A stretch of DNA of 64,000 bases from Patescibacteria group bacterium (GTDB lineage Bacteria; Patescibacteriota; Patescibacteriia; UBA9934), in assembly GCA_041666205.1 (NCBI GenBank), contig JBAYHI010000003.1, forward strand, positions 13,215 to 77,214. Direction: 5' to 3'. The position numbers were made by a program, and so were the translations under genes. Below are positions 39,615-49,291 of this stretch, piece after piece. Position 1 is the first letter of the stretch; every line of letters begins with the position of its first letter. The notes under the pieces are model-generated. The model had not been told where the DNA came from. It worked only from the letters and a program-made list of their open reading frames with translations, and made no database searches.

Positions 39615-40655
39615 ATGAAGGTTTATTGCCATCTCTTGACGTGGAATGATCACCGGTATTTGCCGGAGTTATTTGCGTCTTTTGATGCGCAAACGTATCG
39701 TGATTTTTCGGTTCGTGTGCTCGATAATGGGAGTAATGATAAGACCGTGGAATACCTTCAAACGCACGTTCCGCAAACGCTTGTGGGGCATAATGTCCGA
39801 AATCTCGGATTTGCCGAAGGTCATAATCAGCTTGTGCGGTTTACGCTTGAACACGAAATTGGTTCAGAGATCGATCCATGTATTTTGATCATGAACTCTG
39901 ACATGATCTTGCACAAAGATGCCATAAAAAATATGGTTGAAGCGCTCGATGCACATCCAGAATGGAGCGCGGTTCAACCAAAAGTTTATCGCGCGTTCGG
40001 CGAACATACAGGCGATGAGTCGCTCAAGGAAACCGTTCTTTCGGATATTTTAGATACGACTGGTCTTCGCGTGCAGAAGGGCTGGCGCATGACTGATCGG
40101 GGTGCTGGCGAAATGGATAGCGGGCAATACGATTCTCACATTGAACTATTCGGGCCCGCAGGCGCAATTTTCATGATTCGCCTTTCTGCGCTCAAGGAAT
40201 TATTTGTGAATGCGGAATTATTTGATCGTGAATTTTTTGCGTATCGAGAAGATTGCGATTTGGCTTGGCGTATGGCAGGCAAACGTCTGAAAACCGGTTT
40301 TGTGCCAAGTGCCACGCTTCATCACTATCGAGGGATGTATGGCGCAGAGCGCTTGTCGTTTTGGAAGCGTTTGCGCAATCGCCAAGGGCAACGTCCATTT
40401 TTTGCAGCACTTTCCACACGAAATCAACTCTTTCTGCTCCTCAAGAACTTATCGTTTGGAGATTTGTGTTTGGCACTACCATGGATTGTATGGAACGAAG
40501 GCATTCGCGTTGGCTATGGATTTCTCTTTGAACCAGAAACGCGACGATGTCTTTTGGGCATGTGGAAGGCGGTGGGGTCTATGATGGCAAAACGAAAAAC
40601 GATCCTTGCAACACGTATTGCCACCGGAGGGGAATTACGATCTTATGTCGTGTGA
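39615..40655 (+). CDS. Glycosyltransferase family 2
   Basis: VLDNGSND, NLGFAEGHN, MNSD, FFAYREDCDL. Confidence 0.9.
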   Translation: MKVYCHLLTWNDHRYLPELFASFDAQTYRDFSVRVLDNGSNDKTVEYLQTHVPQTLVGHNVRNLGFAEGHNQLVRFTLEHEIGSEIDPCILIMNSDMILHKDAIKNMVEALDAHPEWSAVQPKVYRAFGEHTGDESLKETVLSDILDTTGLRVQKGWRMTDRGAGEMDSGQYDSHIELFGPAGAIFMIRLSALKELFVNAELFDREFFAYREDCDLAWRMAGKRLKTGFVPSATLHHYRGMYGAERLSFWKRLRNRQGQRPFFAALSTRNQLFLLLKNLSFGDLCLALPWIVWNEGIRVGYGFLFEPETRRCLLGMWKAVGSMMAKRKTILATRIATGGELRSYVV

Positions 40656-41514
40656 TGTTTCTATTTTAATTGTCCAAACCTTCGAGGTCCGAAAGGTGCG
40701 TCAAACCATTCGGAATATTTATCGTGCTGCGCCACAGGTTTCGTTTGAGATTATCGTCATCGATAATAATCCGGCTGCGGGGATGCATGCGATTCTTGAA
40801 AAAGAATTTCCACATGTGCGCTATATTGCGCTCGATCGCAATAAGGGATTCGGCGGAGGAATGAACGAGGGGATTCGAATTGCCAATGGTCGATACATTT
40901 TGGTGTTCAACCCCGATATTGTTGTGGAAGCGCAATCTTTGGAAACGCTCACCCGTTTTATGGATGCACACCCAGATGTAGGTGTTGTGGGACCAAAACT
41001 TGTGAATCCCAATGGGAGCTTGCAGTTTTCTTGCTATCGATTGCCTCCACTGCTTTGGCCAGTGTATCGACGGACGCCGTTGGGAAAAACTGCGGTTGGC
41101 AAGCAGGTGATTGAAGAATATCTCATGACAGCTAACCCACATGCGGAAACGCAAGACGTGGATGCACTCATTGGCGCTGCGCTTTTTTGTCGACGCACAG
41201 ATTTGCAGGCAATCGGCTTGTTCGACGAGCGCTTTTTCATGTATTATGAGGACAATGATTTGTGCCGGCGGTTCTGGGAACGTGGCAAGCGCGTGGTGTA
41301 TTTACCGTCCGCATCCATGATCCATTATCATCGTCGCGCATCAGCAGATGGATCGCTATTGCAGCAATGTTTTTCGCGCTTCACCTGGATTCAGATTGCA
41401 AGTTTCGTGCGGTATATGCAAAAATACTTCCGCGCGCCAAACCCCCGACTTACGTATTTCGCATTTCATGGAGGAACCCATCAACCCACCAATGCCCCCT
41501 CAGAACGATCCTGA
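40645..41514 (+). CDS. Glycosyltransferase family 2 (WbbL rhamnosyltransferase-like)
   Basis: IDNN, NKGFGGGMN, FNPD, FDERFFMYYEDNDLC. Confidence 0.88.
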   Translation: MSCDVSILIVQTFEVRKVRQTIRNIYRAAPQVSFEIIVIDNNPAAGMHAILEKEFPHVRYIALDRNKGFGGGMNEGIRIANGRYILVFNPDIVVEAQSLETLTRFMDAHPDVGVVGPKLVNPNGSLQFSCYRLPPLLWPVYRRTPLGKTAVGKQVIEEYLMTANPHAETQDVDALIGAALFCRRTDLQAIGLFDERFFMYYEDNDLCRRFWERGKRVVYLPSASMIHYHRRASADGSLLQQCFSRFTWIQIASFVRYMQKYFRAPNPRLTYFAFHGGTHQPTNAPSERS

Positions 41515-43744
41515 TTTTCCCGATAAGTTTCAGGCGATTTTTGGTGTTCCAAAAACGTCTCCGTCCGCACCTGCATCGCCGCCTGTTTATACCGATCGAC
41601 TTCAAGAAGCACTCACGCAGACATTCCCGGAAGATACGCAACCGGTCATTGTTCCCGTTGAACCCTCTCGAGCGGTGGCGGAAGAAATTCCTCCGGTGGT
41701 GTCGGGTGATTTTTTGATTACTCCGCCCGAAGTACCGGGCGTTTTTGCGCCTCCGTTTCAAACCGAGAGCGCGCCCATTTTTGGCATTGAGCATACCCTG
41801 CACGGCGAAGATGAAATATTCGCACCCGCGCCGCTGCCACGACGAAAAACGCATTGGCTGCGGAAATTGGCGTTTGCCTGTTTTATTGCGTTTTTGGGAA
41901 TGAATGTAGCTGGGGTGGCCCTATTGGGAAGTGGGTTTTATGCGGCCAAGCAAGATGTTGACCGCATGTTTGAGTCGGTGAGCGCTTTGCAAATTGACGA
42001 TGCAGTTGAGGATCTTGCGGCAGTACGCGATGATTTTGCCCGTGCACGCAATGGCGCATATCTTTTGCAATGGGCGCGCCCAATCCCTTGGGTGGGTGAT
42101 CAAATCGAGGGCGCTGGTACGCTCCTTGTTGTTGCCGTGCAAACGCTCGATGTGCTCGAGCAAGCCGGCACCTTAGCCCAAGACCTCTATCACATCGTGA
42201 CGGACGCAGAAATTATTGCCGACGATGGCACCATTGTGACCGACATTACGTTTGAGGATATTCCAGATCGCACAAAAGAAGAGTTATTTCGAACACTTGC
42301 GTTGGCATCGCCTGATTTGTACGAACTGCGATCCAAAGTCCATTTAGCGCAAACGCGCATGACGTCGCTTGATCGGCTTTCTGTGCATCCACTTCTTGCA
42401 AGCGGATCAGAAGAATTGAATTCGATTTTGGTGCAGTTGTCGCAAGGCATTGATTTTTTGGTGCCATTTGCTTCCACAGTTGGGGAATTGGCAGGCGTCG
42501 GAGAAGATCGCCAGTGGCTCGTTTTATTCCTCAACAATACGGAGCTTCGTCCTGGCGGAGGTTTTATTGGCGTCTATGGGCTCCTCACGATGCGCGATGG
42601 GTCAATCGTGAATATGGTGACCGATGATAGTTACGCCATCGACAAACTGGTAGAGGGCAATCCTGCGTACTCGGTAACGCCACCAAAACCATTTCAGGAA
42701 TACATGATTTTGAAAAATTGGTACTTCCGCGACAGTAATTGGTCGCCGGATTTTCCGTCCTCATCTGAAAATGTGGTTCGCATGATGCAAAATGAGTTTA
42801 AGGTTGCAGGCCAACCATCTCCGGCAATCGACGGCGTGATTGGATTTACTCCGGATTTGGCAGAAGATATGCTTGGGATTATTGGCCCTGTGACAGTGGA
42901 TGGGTTTACATTCACGCACGACAATGTAACCGCCCAGCTTGAGGAATTGGTGGAATTTTATTATGCGGGGATTGGGGTGCCAAAAGAAGAGCGAAAGGAA
43001 ATCGTTGGGGATTTAACAGATGCAGTTTTGGCAAAGGTATTGGCGTCAGACTTGGACGTCTGGCAAGAAATACTTGTGATGATTGAAACAAAATTCCGTG
43101 AAAAGCACATTGCGCTTTATTCATTCGATGAGAAAACTCAAACGGCGTTTGATGATTTTGGTTGGGCAGGCTCTGTGGATTCAGGGGTTGGGGACGACAA
43201 ACTAATGCTTGTAGACGCAAATATTGCGGCCTTAAAAACCGATTTAGTGGTTGATCGAAAAATCGATTACGCCATCACAAAAGAAGGAAGTGATTATGAA
43301 GGTCATGCGACGGTTACGTATACCAATACCGGAACCTATACAAAAACCACGGGGATGTATCGCACGTTTATGCGTCTTTATGTTCCAAAAGGAAGCGAAT
43401 TTTTATCCTACGATGGCGATGTCTTTGGGATGGAAATTGAAGAAGACCTTGGGCTGTTAAGTATTGGCGGATATATTGAGGTAAAACCCGGGCAAACCGC
43501 TTCCGTCACTTACCATTATCGTTTGCCAGAATCTGTGAACGAAGCGGTGCAAAACGGCGTCTATCAATTAGCAGTTTGGAAACAAATGGGATCAAAAAAT
43601 CACGCGTTGACGCTTGACCTTGATTTTGGTAAGAACATACGTACAGCTCTGCCTGCAGAAGAGAAAGAAAACTGGGGAAATACCCAGTATGAAATCACTA
43701 CAACCATCCCGGAAAATCTTCTGTTCACAGTAGAGTTCAATTAA
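41468..43744 (+). CDS. DUF4012 domain protein
   Basis: Pro-rich N-terminus, TM, VLFLNNTELRPGGGFIG, RDSNWSPDFP. Confidence 0.85.
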   Translation: MEEPINPPMPPQNDPDFPDKFQAIFGVPKTSPSAPASPPVYTDRLQEALTQTFPEDTQPVIVPVEPSRAVAEEIPPVVSGDFLITPPEVPGVFAPPFQTESAPIFGIEHTLHGEDEIFAPAPLPRRKTHWLRKLAFACFIAFLGMNVAGVALLGSGFYAAKQDVDRMFESVSALQIDDAVEDLAAVRDDFARARNGAYLLQWARPIPWVGDQIEGAGTLLVVAVQTLDVLEQAGTLAQDLYHIVTDAEIIADDGTIVTDITFEDIPDRTKEELFRTLALASPDLYELRSKVHLAQTRMTSLDRLSVHPLLASGSEELNSILVQLSQGIDFLVPFASTVGELAGVGEDRQWLVLFLNNTELRPGGGFIGVYGLLTMRDGSIVNMVTDDSYAIDKLVEGNPAYSVTPPKPFQEYMILKNWYFRDSNWSPDFPSSSENVVRMMQNEFKVAGQPSPAIDGVIGFTPDLAEDMLGIIGPVTVDGFTFTHDNVTAQLEELVEFYYAGIGVPKEERKEIVGDLTDAVLAKVLASDLDVWQEILVMIETKFREKHIALYSFDEKTQTAFDDFGWAGSVDSGVGDDKLMLVDANIAALKTDLVVDRKIDYAITKEGSDYEGHATVTYTNTGTYTKTTGMYRTFMRLYVPKGSEFLSYDGDVFGMEIEEDLGLLSIGGYIEVKPGQTASVTYHYRLPESVNEAVQNGVYQLAVWKQMGSKNHALTLDLDFGKNIRTALPAEEKENWGNTQYEITTTIPENLLFTVEFN

Positions 43745-43753
43745 ACTGGCCTC

Positions 43754-44758
43754 ATGTTTTCAAAAAAGATTGGAATCGATCTTGGCACCACCACGGTGCT
43801 TGTGTATTTGCCAAAGCGTGGGATTATCATCAACGAGCCATCGGTGGTTGCGGTTTCGCGTTTGGATAAAAAAGTGCTTGCGGTAGGGAAAGAGGCAAAA
43901 GACATGCTTGGCCGTACGCCAGATTCCATCATTGCTCGCCGGCCTCTCAAAGATGGCGTGATTGCTGACTATCGCACCACCGAAGCCATGCTTCGCTATT
44001 TCATCAATAAAGCCCTTGGTGGCATGCGCATTTTTCGCCCAGAAGTGATGGTTGCCGTTCCTGGCGGGATTACCTCAACAGAACGACGCGCCGTGATTGA
44101 CGCTACGCTTTCTGCTGGTGCTAAAGCCGCCTACATCATCAAACAGCCAATTGTTGCCGCAATCGGTGCAAATATTCCAATCGGAAGCCCATCGGGCCAT
44201 ATGATTGTGGAAATTGGTGGGGGCACAACTGAGATGGCTGTTATTTCGCTTGGCGGCATTGTGACCTCGGATTCTGTGCGTATTGGTGGCGTGAAATTTG
44301 ATCAAGCTATCATGGAGCATATTCGAAAGACGTACAATTTGGCTATTGGCGAGCGCACGGCTGAAGAAATCAAGATTCGCGTTGGGTCTGCGATGTATTT
44401 GGAGGATAAGCTCACTACGGAAATCAAGGGGCGCGATATGATTACAGGCTTGCCAAAGATCGTTGAGGTGAGTTCTGACGATGTGACTGAGGCCATTAAG
44501 ACACTGTTGGAAGGAATACTCACCACAATCAAAGAAGTCTTATTTAAAACTCCACCGGAGCTCTCGGCTGATGTCATGGACAAGGGAATTGTGATTTCCG
44601 GCGGAAGCGCCCAGCTTCGAAATTTGGACCGATTGATTGCCGAGTCAACGGGCGTTGCCACCTATTGCGCCGACGATCCACAGATGTGCGTGGCTCGTGG
44701 CACGGGCATGGCAATTGAAAACCTTGATGCTTATAAACGAAGCGTATTCACTCAATAA
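43754..44758 (+). CDS. mreB: Rod shape-determining protein MreB
   Basis: IGIDLGT, NEPSVVA, RPLKDGVIADY, IGGGTTE, TPPELSAD. Confidence 0.95.
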   Translation: MFSKKIGIDLGTTTVLVYLPKRGIIINEPSVVAVSRLDKKVLAVGKEAKDMLGRTPDSIIARRPLKDGVIADYRTTEAMLRYFINKALGGMRIFRPEVMVAVPGGITSTERRAVIDATLSAGAKAAYIIKQPIVAAIGANIPIGSPSGHMIVEIGGGTTEMAVISLGGIVTSDSVRIGGVKFDQAIMEHIRKTYNLAIGERTAEEIKIRVGSAMYLEDKLTTEIKGRDMITGLPKIVEVSSDDVTEAIKTLLEGILTTIKEVLFKTPPELSADVMDKGIVISGGSAQLRNLDRLIAESTGVATYCADDPQMCVARGTGMAIENLDAYKRSVFTQ

Positions 44759-44759
44759 T

Positions 44760-45884
44760 ATGAAAACATACGGGATCGATGTGAATGCTTTGACCCGGGC
44801 GCGTAAAACTGGAACAGAGCGCTATGTTTTCGAGCTTTTAAAAGAAATGATAAAAACACCGCTTCAAAATGAAGAGCGGGTTGTTTTGTATTCAAGCGCG
44901 CTAATCCCAGAGCTTGGCACGCTCCCAAATGGATGGATCCTCAAGATTCTCGATTGGAAGCTCAAAAAAGCGTGGACTCACGCTCGACTTAGCTGGGAAC
45001 TTCTTACACGAACACCAGATGTATTTTTTAGTCCCGCGCATGAGATTCCGCTTTTTCACCGACGAACAAAATTTGTATCCACCGTGCATGATGTTGCATT
45101 TCGGATTGTGCCTGAGGTTTATTCCAAGAAGAGCGTGAAGCGGCAGGAATGGGCGGTTGCTCGTGCACTCAAGCTCGACCAGAAAATCATCACGATTTCT
45201 GAAACGTCCAAAAACGATTTGGTGAATCTGTATCATGTGGCACCAGAGCGTATTGCCATCACGCCTCTGGCCGTGCATCCGGAAGCATTTGCAACGGTCG
45301 AGGCCGATAAACAAAACGTTTTGGATAAATATCGCCTCAATGCCGGTCTTTATTTTGTAACGGTTGGGCGCGTTGAGAAAAAGAAAAATATTCCGTTTCT
45401 TTTGAGCACATTTGAAGCGTTTAAGCGTGATCGTGGCATTGGCGACCCATATCAACTGGTGCTTGCCGGCACATTTGGGGAAGATGCAAAGGAAATTCAA
45501 GCACAAATCGAAAAATTAGTATGCAAAGATGTTGTGCGCGTTTTGGGATATGTTCCCGACGCAGAATTGCCAGGGCTTCTGGCTGGTGCCGTCGCTTACG
45601 TTTTTCCAACACGTTACGAAGGATTTGGCATTCCAGCACTCGAGGCAATGGCTTCGCGCATTCCACTTATCGCGTCCGATATTCCGGCGCTTCGTGAAGT
45701 TGCGGGGGATGCAGCCCTTTTTGCAGGAGTTGAGGATGCTGGGGCGTGGATTGAAGCGATGCAAAAAATTGTCGATAATGAATCGCTTCGCGCGGATTTG
45801 GTACTAAAGGGTGCACAGCGTTTGCATGACTTTTCTTGGGTAGAGACGGCAAAAAAGACGTGGGAGGTGTTGCGAAGTGTGTAG
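44760..45884 (+). CDS. Glycosyltransferase family 4
   Basis: TGTERY, TVHD, GRVEKKKN, YEGFGIPALEAMA. Confidence 0.93.
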   Translation: MKTYGIDVNALTRARKTGTERYVFELLKEMIKTPLQNEERVVLYSSALIPELGTLPNGWILKILDWKLKKAWTHARLSWELLTRTPDVFFSPAHEIPLFHRRTKFVSTVHDVAFRIVPEVYSKKSVKRQEWAVARALKLDQKIITISETSKNDLVNLYHVAPERIAITPLAVHPEAFATVEADKQNVLDKYRLNAGLYFVTVGRVEKKKNIPFLLSTFEAFKRDRGIGDPYQLVLAGTFGEDAKEIQAQIEKLVCKDVVRVLGYVPDAELPGLLAGAVAYVFPTRYEGFGIPALEAMASRIPLIASDIPALREVAGDAALFAGVEDAGAWIEAMQKIVDNESLRADLVLKGAQRLHDFSWVETAKKTWEVLRSV

Positions 45885-45885
45885 T

Positions 45886-46656
45886 ATGCGCGATCTCGTT
45901 CACGATTTAGTTCGACTTGGATTTTCTGAAAAAGAAGCCGAAGGCTATGTGGCGCTTTTATCTTTAGGGAAAGCACCGGTGCAGGTGATTGCGCAGAAAA
46001 CCGGAATCAATCGGGCGAGTGTTTACCATGTGCTCGATGCCTTGGTGAAAAAAGGATTAGCAATCGTGTCAGTCGAGCATGGAGAAAAAATGTATTCAGC
46101 CGAACCGCCGGCTCGTTTGATTACGCATTTGAGCATTCAAATGCAAGAGCTCGAAGAACGTCGACGCCTGGCAGACGGGCTCATGATGCGTTTGCAGGTT
46201 TTTTACAATACAAGCGGAACCAAGCCAAAGATTTCGTATATTGAGTCGGTGGATGGACTTCGAATGCTTCAGCGGGAATATGAGGAAATGGGGGAGGACA
46301 TGATTCAAATTGTTGGCTACGATGCATTTTTGGCGCTTCGCGATACGTCAGCATCTAAGATTCACCAAAAAGAATTGGCGCGTCAGCATCGACGTGTACG
46401 ATCAATTATTGTGACAGACCGCAAGGTTGAGTTCCCAGATTTTCCGGAAATGGAAATTGTGGTGATTCCAAAAGGCGTTGTTGAAATTGATGGGGAAATG
46501 ACGGTTTGTGGCGACCGGCTTGTGATGTTTTCGTATGCGTCCGGGATTATCGCCGTTGAAATCAAATCAAAAACAATTGCAAATACAGCAAAAGCAACGC
46601 TTGAGCTCGCTTGGAAAGAGGCAAAACGCTTCGATTCTGTACGGGCAGGTCTGTGA
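45886..46656 (+). CDS. TrmB-family winged-HTH transcriptional regulator
   Basis: LGFSEKEA..Y.ALL...INRASVYHVLDALVKKGL; stop codon lies inside a REP. Confidence 0.88.
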   Translation: MRDLVHDLVRLGFSEKEAEGYVALLSLGKAPVQVIAQKTGINRASVYHVLDALVKKGLAIVSVEHGEKMYSAEPPARLITHLSIQMQELEERRRLADGLMMRLQVFYNTSGTKPKISYIESVDGLRMLQREYEEMGEDMIQIVGYDAFLALRDTSASKIHQKELARQHRRVRSIIVTDRKVEFPDFPEMEIVVIPKGVVEIDGEMTVCGDRLVMFSYASGIIAVEIKSKTIANTAKATLELAWKEAKRFDSVRAGL

Positions 46657-46698
46657 CCTGCCCTTTTCGTATGGGCTTGACATGCCAAGCCCATACGG
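46630..46698. repeat. REP doublet at left edge of orphan island
   Basis: GTACGGGCAGGTC-TGT-GACCTGCCC then CGTATGGGCTTG..CAAGCCCATACG. Confidence 0.75.
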
Positions 46699-46795
46699 CT
46701 CGACACTGAAACAAAAATCCGCCCCCACGATGTGAAATCATGAATGCGGATTTTCCCCCGAACCCTGCGCGGTACGCATGGTTCGGAGACGAGAA

Positions 46796-47428
46796 CTAGA
46801 GGTCGAAGTGCGAGCGCAGTGGCGGTTCTCCTTCTTCGAGCTCCTCGGTTCTTTCATCAAACGCGCAACATCCATCGGGGCGTGGTCTTGTGCTTGTTGG
46901 GATTTCCGAGGGTGGAGTTTTCGGAGGCACGAATGTAGGAAAAGCCTGATGAATCACGGCAAGCGGGATCCCAGCGAGGTGCGCCCGCGTAGCTGCACCC
47001 GAGGCATCCACGATTCCGGCCGCAGATGGCTGCGTGGCACATACCTGCAGGAGAAAACGCCCTTGTTCGTATTCTTTCGCGTAGAGATAGAGTCGGACAC
47101 GTGTGACACTCGGGCCGAATGTGAGTGCCTCGTTACCTTCGCGGTTGTTGTATTGGATCGAGACACCGCCGGTACTTCCAGTCTTGATACCTTTTTTGGC
47201 ATCTACGGCATCCATCTCCGTGGCTGCACGTTTGAAGGCGTTGAAGACCTCGGTCATGAACCCAATGGAGACAGTTCTTCCGTCAATCCATCTAGGACCC
47301 GCAGGACCTGGTCGGGCTCCGAAGCACATGCAGGCCTTGGCAAATGCCAGTAGGGCCTTGTCACGTTCCTCGAAGAAGTGTCGTACCGTACGCCCTGGAT
47401 CTTGGTAAACCCGCGCGATTCTTCTCAC
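46796..47428 (-). CDS. Orphan hypothetical protein (GTG start)
   Basis: TTGCAA-17-TATTCT promoter (47492-47520), GGAGG SD, terminator at 46709-46754. Confidence 0.65.
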   Translation of the reverse strand: MRRIARVYQDPGRTVRHFFEERDKALLAFAKACMCFGARPGPAGPRWIDGRTVSIGFMTEVFNAFKRAATEMDAVDAKKGIKTGSTGGVSIQYNNREGNEALTFGPSVTRVRLYLYAKEYEQGRFLLQVCATQPSAAGIVDASGAATRAHLAGIPLAVIHQAFPTFVPPKTPPSEIPTSTRPRPDGCCAFDERTEELEEGEPPLRSHFDL

Positions 47429-47631
47429 CTTCCCTCCAATGGGCAATATTGTCTGGATCTCAAGATTGTTTTCGAAGTTCCAAGACTGTCGAGAATACTC
47501 AAATATTTGAAAAATTGCAAGAGTTAGCCAAACAAAAAATCCGCGTTCACGATTTTCATCATAAATGCGGATTCTTCCTCGAGACATGCAGTGCATACCT
47601 CAAGGACGTTTGGAACGGCTCGAGTCGAGCG

Positions 47632-48096
47632 CTAGTTCCAGTCCCAGCCGTGTTCTTCCTCGGTCATTTCCGAGAGCTCACTGATATGTCGGTTACAGCG
47701 ATGGCACTGACCGTCGCAGGTCGACTTATCGCGGTCGGACGGAACTACGAACACGAGCGTTCCGCGCAGGAACTGCTGGAAAAGACCCTTGAGGAACTGG
47801 TCGTTGTCCAGCTCGCAGGTTTCTCCGCGGTCCTTGGACTCTCTCGCGAACTTCAGCACGTCGCTGATCGAGATGTTGAGTTCCCTCATCGTGAAGACGA
47901 AGGCGTGGAACGTCTCGATGTTCATGATGGTGGACCCCAGCGAGGCCAGGGCGTCCAGCAGGTTGAACAAGCTTTGGAGCTGTTCGTCACTCGCCTCCGC
48001 GACGAAGTTGAGGCTCGTGGGTGGCTCTCGGAAGAACACTCTCATGACGCGTGCTGTATTCTGCTCAAGCTTCTTCCGCTTCTTCGGATCGAACAT
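47632..48096 (-). CDS. Orphan hypothetical protein (154 aa) with C-terminal CDGQCHRC
   Basis: AAGGAGG SD before ATG 48096; terminator at 47530-47576. Confidence 0.7.
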   Translation of the reverse strand: MFDPKKRKKLEQNTARVMRVFFREPPTSLNFVAEASDEQLQSLFNLLDALASLGSTIMNIETFHAFVFTMRELNISISDVLKFARESKDRGETCELDNDQFLKGLFQQFLRGTLVFVVPSDRDKSTCDGQCHRCNRHISELSEMTEEEHGWDWN

Positions 48097-48099
48097 AAC

Positions 48100-49290
48100 C
48101 GCGCCCTCCTTGGCGTTTCTAGTTGGAGCTCTTAGTACCTCGAATTGCTTCAAGGTTCCAGTTGAGCCCCCTAGAACACATCAGGCGATGCGGGCTAGGG
48201 AGAAGCTCGGAGTTGGCACTTTCGCAGCTCAGGCGAGTCTATTTTGTGGAAACGAGCGACCAACCTCGGTTTTGACCTTACGTGGACGCTTCGTGCATCG
48301 GTCAGTTGCACAAAGCGTTTCTCTCATCGTCACCTCGTGGTGAATGGTGAAGTAGATGCGAGATGGGCAAAGCACGTTGCCCGACAGAGTGTGAGCCCGC
48401 CCAGTTCTGGAGAGGCGCGGCTCATTGTTTACGATGGCGTGCTCCATCGGCCGGTTTTCTTGTCTTCCGCCCCGGCGAGCGGTTCTATATGAGGCTCAAT
48501 TCTTGATACCCCCTCCGGCGTATATGCCGGTTCGAAGTTCTCCGTCAGTTGTGGCTTCAGGCGATTTTGAATCGATGTGCCCGATGCCGTGAGTGAACGG
48601 AGAACGGTCTTGAGGACTAGCGACGAGTGTCGTGAGTCCTGTGGGACCCCCGAGACATGTTTTCACGCATGCTCAGGGAAGGGGTGAGGATCTGCTTCCT
48701 CAGGGCTCACCACTGCTTGCGGGCCAGGCAAGACGTACGGACAGGTGACTTCCGGATGCTTTGGTTTCGAGCCTAACGACGGTCCAGCGTATTGTGCTGA
48801 AGAATTCTCCATATCGGGATCGCTTCGTACTTGAGTTTCACCTCGTTCCTGACTCCCCGACACAAGAATTCGCATCTCCGCCGATTATTCTAACCCTCTC
48901 GAAAGGGCTTTTTAGTATTCCCAGGCGAATAATGTGACCTTACGGCCCCCGGGACACCAATTTCAACAGACCATTTCTTCCTTAATTTTCGAGCATCTCA
49001 CGTGTGCTCGGTATCGTTTTCCGAGTCGACTCGGAAAAATGAACGATTCTATTTTTTTGATGTACACCTCCCGGTTCGTTGTTTCGGTTGCGTGCGTAGA
49101 GCTATTTACGCAAACCACGACGGGTACATTGTACCTCCGTGTAGCACGCGTCTTCCGCGTGTGCTACGTGTTTTGGTTCTACAGTTTTTTGCCGCTGTAG
49201 TCCGGCAAAAGGTTCTTAAGGTCTCGCGGTGAAGCGGGACCCAGTCGAACCCCCAACTCGCGGTTTCATGCGCGGTTAGGGAAGATAGGG
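48100..49290 (-). ncRNA. Candidate large structured non-coding RNA or leader
   Basis: About 1.2 kb without a convincing ORF; dense hairpins, nested stems, GNRA loops and G-U pairs mostly on minus strand. Confidence 0.55.
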
Positions 49291-49291
49291 G

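Noticed and set aside
47344-48343. Plus-strand ORFs of 263 aa and 184 aa in the island
   Set aside because: Antisense shadows of SD-led minus-strand genes, with no initiation signals or recognisable motifs
48229-48875. Short minus-strand ORFs (70-72 aa) in the structured region
   Set aside because: No recognisable motifs or codon bias and they run through stems; small peptides cannot be fully excluded
49225-49262. GGTTCGACT T-loop-like text on the minus strand (possible tRNA or tmRNA end)
   Set aside because: No complementary T-stem, acceptor stem or CCA
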